DNA from: a virus
Taxonomy: Duplodnaviria; Caudoviricetes
Virus record (IMG/VR): IMGVR_UViG_3300037067_007581
Span: 1-64,000 of that record
DNA: 64,000 nucleotides
Direction: 5' to 3' (one strand)
Shown: in pieces, positions 56,519-64,000 of the stretch
How the letters are laid out: the number at the start of each line of letters is the position of its first letter
Numbering within the stretch: position 1 is the first letter of the stretch
Notes under the pieces: generated by a model
Told to the model about the DNA's origin: nothing
What the model saw: the letters and a program-made list of their open reading frames with translations, nothing else
Database searches by the model: none
Program-made: the position numbers and the translations under genes

Positions 56519-56827
56519 ATGTTTAGTTTCATACAAAAAACCTACGAAACAAAATTTACTTCCACAAAAGAATTAATCGTTACACATAATTTAAATAATT
56601 ATGTAGAAAATATAGTCATTGTAGCAGAAGATTTAACTCCTATCCCTTCGGAAAAATATACTATTATGGAACGAACAGAAAATTCTTTAAAGATAGTTTT
56701 TTCAGAGGAAACTTCGGGTAGTATTTTTATTACTTCTCAAAAATTATTGGCTACTACCAATCAAGGTAAACAATTTTATATGACTATTTCCGAAGAAGGT
56801 GAATTAGGTTCTATATTAATAAGCTAA
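56519..56827 (+). CDS. Hypothetical tail-associated protein
   Basis: IVTHNLN motif; synteny. Confidence 0.5.
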   Translation: MFSFIQKTYETKFTSTKELIVTHNLNNYVENIVIVAEDLTPIPSEKYTIMERTENSLKIVFSEETSGSIFITSQKLLATTNQGKQFYMTISEEGELGSILIS

Positions 56828-56838
56828 CTTAAATATTT

Positions 56839-57969
56839 ATGCCAAAACAGTTTACAATTAATGGACATGTTATTTCTTTAGGAGCGATAAAAGATAAAGA
56901 CGATAGAAGAGACTATCAAGTAGCTGATATTATGGGTGCGGCAGAAGACGTGTATATTCCTGATGAATTTGAGGTCGCTCCTATTACTAAAATTAAATAC
57001 CAAAATGGGTACCCTAGTTGCGTAGGACAAGCTACATCAGCGGCAAAAGAGCCAGATGAAGGTGTGGAGTTATCTGCTCGTGGTGTTTACATTAAATGTA
57101 AAGAAAGAGACGGCAATACTAATTGGGGAACTTCTTTAAGATGCGCTCAATTAGTTTCTATTAATCCAGGTATACCAGAAGAAAAATTATTACCGGAAGA
57201 CCATACAGGTGGTGTAGAAAAATACCTTAATTTAGATTATTATACAGATACTGTTAAGGCCAATGCTATCCAGCACGCTAATCAGAGCGTTTATTCAGTG
57301 GGTAAAAAATGGTTAGGCGACCATTATGATTATTTTGAAGATGTAATTAAAGCAATATGGCAATTTAAAAAAAGAGTAATAACGGGTTGTGATTGGTATG
57401 AAAGTTATGATAATATGCAATCCAGTAATTTTATATTAAAAAATCCTACTGGTGTCCTTAGAGGAGGTCATTGCTTTTATTCAAATGGAGTTAAAAAGAT
57501 TAATGGTGAACGGCATATAATTTTTGTAAACAGTTTCGGTGACTGGTGGGGAGATAAAGGTAAATTTTATGCTAATAAAGAATGGTTTAATAAATATGCC
57601 TATAACGGCTGGTTACATATTGACCTGCCTAAAAAATTACCTATTGACCTTAGATATTATCCTATTGACCGAACAAATTATAACCCAGACAATACTGGCT
57701 GGAGACCTTGGAATAAATATTTATTAGAAAAAGCAATGTTAGCCTATTGGACTACAAAACTAGGTCATTTCCCTACTGTTCGAGAAATTAATGGCTCTGT
57801 ATATGGTTTATGGGATAAAGAAGCTCTTTGGAGTAATCGAGTAGGTGACGCTTGGCTTTATTGCCAAAAACCTTCTTATGATAAATGGAATAAGGAAGGC
57901 ATATTAGAAAATAAATTAGCGGAAATAAAAATTAAGTGCCAAAATAGTAATTGGGATGGTAAAATTTAA
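56839..57969 (+). CDS. Papain-like (C1 family) cysteine peptidase
   Basis: YQNGYPSCVG (Q and catalytic C), GGHCF (H) and FVNSFGDWWGDKGKFY (N). Confidence 0.85.
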   Translation: MPKQFTINGHVISLGAIKDKDDRRDYQVADIMGAAEDVYIPDEFEVAPITKIKYQNGYPSCVGQATSAAKEPDEGVELSARGVYIKCKERDGNTNWGTSLRCAQLVSINPGIPEEKLLPEDHTGGVEKYLNLDYYTDTVKANAIQHANQSVYSVGKKWLGDHYDYFEDVIKAIWQFKKRVITGCDWYESYDNMQSSNFILKNPTGVLRGGHCFYSNGVKKINGERHIIFVNSFGDWWGDKGKFYANKEWFNKYAYNGWLHIDLPKKLPIDLRYYPIDRTNYNPDNTGWRPWNKYLLEKAMLAYWTTKLGHFPTVREINGSVYGLWDKEALWSNRVGDAWLYCQKPSYDKWNKEGILENKLAEIKIKCQNSNWDGKI

Positions 57970-57988
57970 CAATTAATTATATTTTAGA

Positions 57989-58615
57989 ATGAATACAAAA
58001 GAAGCTAGGCATAACTTAGTAGGGCCAGGTCTTCGTTGGGAAACTGCTAGACAATTTCAGAAAGATTTTATTTTAAAGCAAGGTTTAAAACCAACGAATT
58101 TATTTTTAGATATTGGTTGTGGAACTTTAAGAGGAGACATTCCTATTATCTGTTATTTAGACGAAGGTAATTTCTTTGGTATTGATGTTCGAGATTCTGT
58201 AATAGAAGAAGCTAAACTGGAAGCCATAGAAGAAAGCGTAATAGAAAAGAAACCCAACCTTATTGCTTTTAAAGAATTTTCAGAATTAAATCTTCCTGAA
58301 ATGGATTTTATTTGGGCATTTTGTGTTCTAATTCATCTTTCCGATAAAATCCTAGAAGATTGTTTTGCGTTCGTTTCTAAAATATTAAAACAAGGTGGAG
58401 TATTCTATGGTAATGTAAATAGTTATAGTGAAGAAAAGCAAGCCGCAACTTGGCACCAGTTTCCTATCCAGTTTAAGCGTGTAGAAGTCTATAAAGAATT
58501 GGGAGAAAAATATGGTTTGAAAATGGAAATTGTAGGGGAGTTACCAGACTTAGGATATATTCCAGACGGCCCAACGGAAGTGAAATTAGTAATGTTAAAA
58601 TTTACTAAAACTTAA
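57989..58615 (+). CDS. Class I SAM-dependent methyltransferase
   Basis: FLDIGCGTLRG, FFGID, MDFIWAFCVLIHL and LKQGG. Confidence 0.85.
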   Translation: MNTKEARHNLVGPGLRWETARQFQKDFILKQGLKPTNLFLDIGCGTLRGDIPIICYLDEGNFFGIDVRDSVIEEAKLEAIEESVIEKKPNLIAFKEFSELNLPEMDFIWAFCVLIHLSDKILEDCFAFVSKILKQGGVFYGNVNSYSEEKQAATWHQFPIQFKRVEVYKELGEKYGLKMEIVGELPDLGYIPDGPTEVKLVMLKFTKT

Positions 58616-58632
58616 TTCTTAATCTTTCTAGT

Positions 58633-58905
58633 ATGGAAATTTTATTGGCGTCCATTGTGACCATTCTGACCGAAGCGGTCAAATGGCTTTATCAGAAAAT
58701 AGATAATAAAAAGCTGGCAGACAGCCTGGTCATTCTTACGACTTTTGTTCTTTCTTTAATTGCTAGTATTGCCTATTTTGCAGTTAAGGATAAATTAAAC
58801 TGGGAAATTATAGCGGTTATCTGGGGAAGCTCAATAGCTATCTATGAATTGCTTTTAAAAAGGATTCTTACTCCAGTTATTGGAGTTATATTTCGTAAAC
58901 AGTAA
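58633..58905 (+). CDS. Putative holin
   Basis: 90 aa with several hydrophobic helices and a basic C-terminus; end of the late module. Confidence 0.6.
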   Translation: MEILLASIVTILTEAVKWLYQKIDNKKLADSLVILTTFVLSLIASIAYFAVKDKLNWEIIAVIWGSSIAIYELLLKRILTPVIGVIFRKQ

Positions 58906-58913
58906 TACACAGC

Positions 58914-58958
58914 TTATACACTTAAAAACTTGACAAAGATTAAAAAGTGCCTTAAAAT
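58914..58958 (+). promoter_or_regulatory. Sigma70-type promoter with DnaA-box-like site
   Basis: TTATACACT 58914-58922, TTGACA 58930-58935, 17-nt spacer, TAAAAT 58953-58958. Confidence 0.8.
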
Positions 58959-58991
58959 ATAAATATAATAGGCACTTTTTTATTATTAAAA

Positions 58992-59234
58992 ATGAAAATT
59001 TCTAATTTATTACAATCATGGTTAAAGGAAAATGGGTTTCAGTGGGCTATTCAACATTCAGAACATCCTGGGTGTTGGGATAAGCAATGTTCCCATTATA
59101 TAGAGGAAGTAGTAATTTGGGAGCAAAAAGAACCTACAATGAAATGGGCTTTCGAAAGAGGTTGTTCTGATGACTTTATTATAAAAACTTTATTAAAAGA
59201 TATTAAGATAAACAATTTATGCCAACACCTTTAA
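58992..59234 (+). CDS. Hypothetical protein
   Basis: ORF track. Confidence 0.45.
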   Translation: MKISNLLQSWLKENGFQWAIQHSEHPGCWDKQCSHYIEEVVIWEQKEPTMKWAFERGCSDDFIIKTLLKDIKINNLCQHL

Positions 59235-60184
59235 AAAAAATTTTAGACGACCTCAAAAAGACTTATGGAGAAGGGACTATTTTAGACTTTTCCAAAGATG
59301 AAAGAATTGCTGTGGAGACCATTACTACGGGTCTTCCTTCATTGGATTTTATCCTTGGTGGGGGGATACCAAAAGGCAGGATAATTGAAATCTATGGAAC
59401 GGAGGGTTCAGGGAAAACTACTATGGGTTTAACCATACTTTCTAAATGTCAAGAGAAAGGTAAAAAGGTTTGTTTTATTGATGCGGAAAATAGTTTTGAC
59501 CCTGCTTATGCAGAAAAGATAGGGGTAAACTTAAATAATTTATTACTTAACCAACCTAATTCTGGGCAAGAGGCTTTAAATATAGTTGAAAAATTATGTC
59601 AATCTGGTGAGGTTAGTGTTATTGTTATAGATTCCGTAGCTAATCTAGTTCCACAAGCAGATTTAAATAAGGAAATTGGTGATAGTTCTAATATAGGAAG
59701 TCGAGCGCGTATGCTTTCAGAATTATTGCCTCGTCTTTCTACTGAAGCTCGTAAAACAGGCACAACCTTAGTATTTATTAATCAAATTAGATTTAAGATA
59801 GGAGAAATATATGGCAATCCAATGACTACGCCTGGCGGTATGGCTTTGAAATTTAATGCTTCTCTTAGAGTAGAAGTTCATGCTAGTAAAGAAGAAGAAC
59901 AGAATGGCAAGACCGGTGTTAAGGTTACTGTTAGAGTCCGTAAAAATAAAATAGCACGCCCTTTCAGAAAAACAGAGCTATTTTTAGAATTAGGAATTGG
60001 CTTTGACGTATTTACGGATTTAATTGAAACGGCTATAACAGCTGGAGTAATAGAACAAAAAGGAGCTTGGTATGTTTATGGAGATTTAAAATGTCAGGGT
60101 TTTGAAGAATTATTGGCAAAACTTACAGAAAATGATAAACTAAAAAAAGAGATAGAACAAAAGCTTTTAACAATTAAGATATAA
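59219..60184 (+). CDS. recA: RecA-family recombinase
   Basis: SLDFILGGGIPKGRIIEIYGTEGSGKTT, VIDSVANL, FINQIR and GGMALKFNASLR. Confidence 0.95.
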   Translation: MPTPLKKILDDLKKTYGEGTILDFSKDERIAVETITTGLPSLDFILGGGIPKGRIIEIYGTEGSGKTTMGLTILSKCQEKGKKVCFIDAENSFDPAYAEKIGVNLNNLLLNQPNSGQEALNIVEKLCQSGEVSVIVIDSVANLVPQADLNKEIGDSSNIGSRARMLSELLPRLSTEARKTGTTLVFINQIRFKIGEIYGNPMTTPGGMALKFNASLRVEVHASKEEEQNGKTGVKVTVRVRKNKIARPFRKTELFLELGIGFDVFTDLIETAITAGVIEQKGAWYVYGDLKCQGFEELLAKLTENDKLKKEIEQKLLTIKI

Positions 60185-60191
60185 ACTTTAT

Positions 60192-60434
60192 ATGATAAAG
60201 AAATCTATTAAAATTAAAAAAGACGACCTTAATCCAGAACCAGTGGAATTACTGGCAAAATCTATTATTCAAGTTTCAGAGGCTTCTGAAAAACTATTGT
60301 CTAGCGGTTTAAATATGCGAGGATTAGTAGTTTTATTACAACATAAAATAGGTGCTTCTAATATTTCACAATATCAAATTCAATTAGTTTTAGAAAATCT
60401 TCCTAAATTAAGGGCGTGGTATATTAATAATTAA
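60192..60434 (+). CDS. Hypothetical protein
   Basis: ORF track. Confidence 0.5.
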   Translation: MIKKSIKIKKDDLNPEPVELLAKSIIQVSEASEKLLSSGLNMRGLVVLLQHKIGASNISQYQIQLVLENLPKLRAWYINN

Positions 60435-60441
60435 ATATAAT

Positions 60442-61374
60442 ATGAAAATACTTCTAGCGACAAATTTTTTAGAAGGTTATACTGGTTCCGAAAGTTTTAT
60501 TTATACTTTAGGTAAAGAATTAAAAAATTTAGGGCATGATGTCAAATTTTATTGTAATGCTTTTGGTTGGTTTGGCCATAAAATGCGAGAAGAAGGTTTT
60601 ACCGTTTATCATAATGAATTACCCGATACGGAATATGATGTAGTTCATTTTCAGCATAATGAAGTAGTTACAAAAATTTATCCTTTAGTCCCTAAAGCAA
60701 AAAAAGTATTCATGTCCCATGGTATTTTACCTCCGCTGGAACAAGCTTTGCCTTATGAAAAATATCCAATGGATGGTTATTTGGGTTGTTCAGAAGAAAC
60801 ATTAGATAACTGCTTATTTAAAGCTATGCCGATAGCTGGAGCAACAAAAAATGGTATTTTAAGAAATTTAATTGATACTAAAAAGTATTTTACTGACCGA
60901 CCTATTCACACAAAACTAGAAAATGTTTTAATTATTTCTAATTATATTGGCAGAACACCACAATATATTGGTTTAATAGCTCAAGCTTGTTCAAAGATTG
61001 GGGCTAATTTGAAAATTATAGGAGATGCTGGTATTCGCGTACCAGATACCAGAGTATTTATACCAGAAGCGGATTTGGTTATAGGTTTAGGAAGATGTAT
61101 TTTAGAAGCGATGTCTATGTGTAGAAGCGTATTAGTTTTTGATTATCAGGGAATGGAAGGTTTAATAGATAGCAAAGATACTTATGAGCAACTAAAAACC
61201 TGTAATTTTTCTGGTAGGAAAAAGAAACAGGTGAACGTAAATATAGGTATGGTTATGAACGAATTTTCAAAATATAAACGAGAACAAGGAAATTTTAATC
61301 GAGAACTTATTTTAAAAAATCATCACTTTAAAGAAATTGCTTTAGAAGCAGAAAGCTTTTATTCTTCCCTATAA
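60442..61374 (+). CDS. GT-B glycosyltransferase
   Basis: MKILLAT..GSESF, VVHFQH and ADLVIGLGRCILEAMS. Confidence 0.8.
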   Translation: MKILLATNFLEGYTGSESFIYTLGKELKNLGHDVKFYCNAFGWFGHKMREEGFTVYHNELPDTEYDVVHFQHNEVVTKIYPLVPKAKKVFMSHGILPPLEQALPYEKYPMDGYLGCSEETLDNCLFKAMPIAGATKNGILRNLIDTKKYFTDRPIHTKLENVLIISNYIGRTPQYIGLIAQACSKIGANLKIIGDAGIRVPDTRVFIPEADLVIGLGRCILEAMSMCRSVLVFDYQGMEGLIDSKDTYEQLKTCNFSGRKKKQVNVNIGMVMNEFSKYKREQGNFNRELILKNHHFKEIALEAESFYSSL

Positions 61375-61377
61375 ATT

Positions 61378-62150
61378 ATGAAAACCTCCATTATAATCTT
61401 ATCCTACAACACGTTAGAATTTACTAAACTCTGCCTTTTAAGTCTAAAGCACACGAACCTAAAATACCATATGAGATTATAGTTTTAGACAATTGTTCAA
61501 CGGACGGCAGTCAAGAATGGTTAAAGCAAATAAAATGGCCTAATTTCAAATTTGTTAGCCTAAATCAAAATACTCTATTCAGTCGTGGTAATAATATTGC
61601 CCGATACTTTATTTCCGAGGACAGCACACACTTATTACTTTTAAATTCTGATGTTTTAATTAATGAAAATGGTTGGCTAGAAGAACGCATTAATCCTTTA
61701 CAAGGAAATATAGCTATTTCAGGAACTCCAGGAAATTGCCATAATTGGAAAACAGGTGGTAAATTTTTCTTTGACGACCTAATAAATAGAACTACTTCTC
61801 CAGGAGATAAACAAAAAACTGAATTATCTTTTGCTTTGAATTGCTTATTGCCAGACGGAATTATTAATGAAATTACTGGTTGGAGTTTAGCAACTACAGT
61901 AGAACTTTGGGATAAATTAGGAGGTTTAAGAATAGAAGGTAAATATGCTCACATGTGGTCAGATACAGAATTTTGTATTCGAGCTCAATTATTAGGTTAT
62001 AAATTATGTAGACAAGGTTATAATAATAAAATGATTCATTTTTCAGGGTTGTCTCATTCTGCTATTCATAATAAAGAAAATTATGATAAAAGAGTTTTGC
62101 TAATTAGAGATAAATTAAAATACTATGAGCAAAATACAGCTATTAATTGA
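61378..62150 (+). pseudogene. GT2 family glycosyltransferase split by a frameshift near 61461-61464
   Basis: Frame 1: MKTSIIILSYNTLEFTKLCLLSL stops at 61482. The -1 frame continues IPYEIIVLDNCSTDGS...LLLNSDV...WSDTEFC to 62150. Confidence 0.75.
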
Positions 62151-63141
62151 TTCTGCTTGTAATGAAAATAGCAGTTTAGGCAGAGTGGGTCACTATTTAA
62201 TTAGCTATTTTTTAAAACAACCAGAATATAACACTTGGATTCGACCTTGGCTTGGTTCTAATTTTACAAAAGAAATGGAACCTTGTTTAAGGCAACCTAC
62301 TGAAGGAATAGATGTAATATTAAGGAAAAGCGACCCCTATATGTCGGGGTTCTTACATCAGATTTGTCGTAAAGGAGTAATTTCTTTCATTTATTATGAT
62401 AATAGGAATATTGACCCTAAAGTAATTGAAGCTTTGAACCATTGTGTTAAATTACTAATTGTTCCATCCATTTTTTTGAAAGAAAGATTTATAAAATTTG
62501 GGGTAACTATACCTATTAAAATAGCTCCTTTGGGAGTAGATAGAAATGTCTTCCAGAATTTTCAAAAAGTAAAAAAGAATACCTTTACTTTTATTAATTA
62601 TGGTGAACAATCTGAAAGAAAAGGTAGCGATTTACTTCTTAAAGCTTTTGTAGAAGAATTTGGCAATAATCCTAATGTGTTCTTAAAAATATTATGCTCT
62701 TCTTGGAAATACGTTCAATTTGAAAATTTTAAACAGTATAAAAATATAATCTTTATAGAAGACAAATTAAGTAATGAAGATTTAGTTAAGGAAATAAATA
62801 GTGCGGAATGCTTTATAGCTTTAACTAGAGAAGACAGTTTTGGTATGTGCGGTCTAGAAAGTATGTCTTGTGGACTTCCTGTAATAGCTCCTGAGAAATC
62901 TGGTTATAGTCAGTATGTGGATACGATTAATGGTTTCTTAGTCCAGAGTGAGGAAATAGAACACGAGAGGTGGCAATATATTCCAAAAATTATTTCTGCA
63001 AGGATACAAATGAAGAAGGCAGTAGAACTATATGAAACTCCCGAATGGTCTAAAAAGGTTCTTTCAGCTATTAGAACGGCCAATAAATTGTCTTGGGAAC
63101 GACTGGGCAATCAATTAAATAAATTAATTCAAGAGTTATGA
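62125..63141 (+). CDS. GT4 family glycosyltransferase
   Basis: ERKGSDLLLKAF and REDSFGMCGLESMSCGLPVIA. Confidence 0.85.
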   Translation: MSKIQLLIDSACNENSSLGRVGHYLISYFLKQPEYNTWIRPWLGSNFTKEMEPCLRQPTEGIDVILRKSDPYMSGFLHQICRKGVISFIYYDNRNIDPKVIEALNHCVKLLIVPSIFLKERFIKFGVTIPIKIAPLGVDRNVFQNFQKVKKNTFTFINYGEQSERKGSDLLLKAFVEEFGNNPNVFLKILCSSWKYVQFENFKQYKNIIFIEDKLSNEDLVKEINSAECFIALTREDSFGMCGLESMSCGLPVIAPEKSGYSQYVDTINGFLVQSEEIEHERWQYIPKIISARIQMKKAVELYETPEWSKKVLSAIRTANKLSWERLGNQLNKLIQEL

Positions 63142-63899
63142 AATTAATAGGTTTAATCCGACAAAGAAATGAAGACTACTTATTAGAGAAATGTTTAAAA
63201 CATGCACTTATTTTTTGTGACCATATTATAATTTACGATGACTATTCCAACGATAAAGGTACTTTAAGCCTATTATATAATTTAGATACTTTTAATGACC
63301 GAATAACCGTAGTTTATAATTCAAATTGGAATGACGGCTTTCGAGAGGCAGATGAAACAAAACATCGGCAAATATTACTAGATAAAGCAAGAGAATTTTT
63401 TGGTAATGATATTTGGTTATACTATTTTGATGCAGATGAGGTAGTAGAAAGTCCCGAGCAGATTAGAGAGCAATTAGCAGTTACTAAAGAGAAAGCATTT
63501 AAGGTAAGATTATTTGACGCGTATGCTCTTAAAAGCGAGCAACCTTATATAAACCAGAAATTATGGAATTTCAGAAAATATTTTGGGCCAGAATATAGGG
63601 ATATAATAATGTTTTGGAAAAATAGTCCTGATGTTAATTTTCTAGGTATTGATAAAAGAGAGCCAGAAGTTAAGGCTTCTAAAATATTAACTTATTGCCA
63701 ACATTATGGTAAGGCGTTATCTGAAAAAAGGTTTGAAGATAAATGCGACTATTATATAAAGCATTTCTCTAAAAGATACCAAGATAAATGGCGCCAAAGA
63801 AAAGGTTTTTATTACCATAATACACTTTCAGATTTTGGCAGACATTTAATAACCTGGAAAGATGCTCGAGACGAAACAAAGATTATTAAACTAACTTAA
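63138..63899 (+). CDS. GT2-like glycosyltransferase
   Basis: LIRQRNEDYLLEKCL, IIYDDYSND and YFDADE (DxD). Confidence 0.8.
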   Translation: MKLIGLIRQRNEDYLLEKCLKHALIFCDHIIIYDDYSNDKGTLSLLYNLDTFNDRITVVYNSNWNDGFREADETKHRQILLDKAREFFGNDIWLYYFDADEVVESPEQIREQLAVTKEKAFKVRLFDAYALKSEQPYINQKLWNFRKYFGPEYRDIIMFWKNSPDVNFLGIDKREPEVKASKILTYCQHYGKALSEKRFEDKCDYYIKHFSKRYQDKWRQRKGFYYHNTLSDFGRHLITWKDARDETKIIKLT

Positions 63900-63906
63900 A
63901 TAAATT

Positions 63907-64000
63907 ATGGAAAACAACTTACGTTTTAACATGGTCAATAGTTCCGACTGCTGGTATAGTATAGCACAGCAGATAGAACGAAAATTAATTGCTTTAGGAG
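63907..64000 (+). CDS. Partial ORF (continues beyond the window)
   Basis: MENNLRFNMVNSSDCWYSIAQQIERKLIALG...; product cannot be determined. Confidence 0.45.
   Translation, partial: MENNLRFNMVNSSDCWYSIAQQIERKLIALG

Noticed and set aside
27953-57727. Short + strand ORFs nested in other frames (27953, 35733, 37648, 55749, 57539)
   Set aside because: Fully overlap longer supported genes and lack motifs or start context.
9599-63110. All minus-strand ORFs in the track (e.g. 17269-17679, 33569-34069, 48427-48789)
   Set aside because: They are antisense shadows of well-supported + strand genes, have no motifs, and their low-complexity sequence mirrors the + strand codons.
1-64000. Alternative genetic code (TGA or TAG reassignment)
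   Set aside because: Long conserved genes are intact under code 11, and TGA/TAG end genes at sensible overlaps (e.g. queD TGA overlapping the queE ATG).
1-64000. CRISPR array, rRNA, integrase, transposase, intron/intein
   Set aside because: No regularly spaced repeats or recognisable motifs seen; polymerase, terminase and helicase are of normal length.
1-64000. Statement on temperate versus lytic lifestyle
   Set aside because: No integrase or repressor in the window, but the genome is incomplete (no primase or SSB seen), so absence is uninformative.

Overview
The window is a large part of the genome of an AT-rich, long-tailed (siphovirus-type) dsDNA phage. All credible genes are on the + strand. 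Gene order: (1) an accessory/early region with a RuvC-like resolvase, a lytic transglycosylase, an Acb2/Tad1-like protein, several structured RNAs and an SPFH protein; (2) replication and repair genes (SF2 helicase, DenV-like glycosylase, family A DNA polymerase, compact C5-MTase-like protein, RtcB, radical SAM); (3) an extended 7-deazaguanine DNA-modification locus; (4) packaging, head and tail modules; (5) a lysis-position cassette with a papain-like peptidase and a holin-like protein; (6) RecA and a glycosyltransferase cluster running off the window end. The modification locus has folE, gat-queC, dpdA, queD and queE, which predicts 2'-deoxyarchaeosine. It also carries two QueE paralogues without the Fe-S motif, a purine phosphoribosyltransferase, a Gfo/Idh/MocA oxidoreductase and a GT4 glycosyltransferase, so further (possibly glycosylated) hypermodification is the best candidate for an undescribed system. 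Non-coding highlights: a perfect four-way-junction RNA with a kissing-loop pseudoknot, a riboswitch-like leader with an anti-SD/SD switch, two operon leaders complementary to each other, a family of TTGACA/TATAAT promoters (some with DnaA boxes), apparent ATC starts for two tail-tip genes, apparent absence of GATC, and an unlisted 43-aa NrdD glycyl-radical-like peptide. Genes mostly lack Shine-Dalgarno motifs; together with the sigma70-type promoters this suggests a Patescibacteria/CPR-like host (inference only). No integrase, primase, CRISPR array, rRNA or canonical tRNA was recognised. All assignments come from reading motifs by eye; no searches or folding programs were run.
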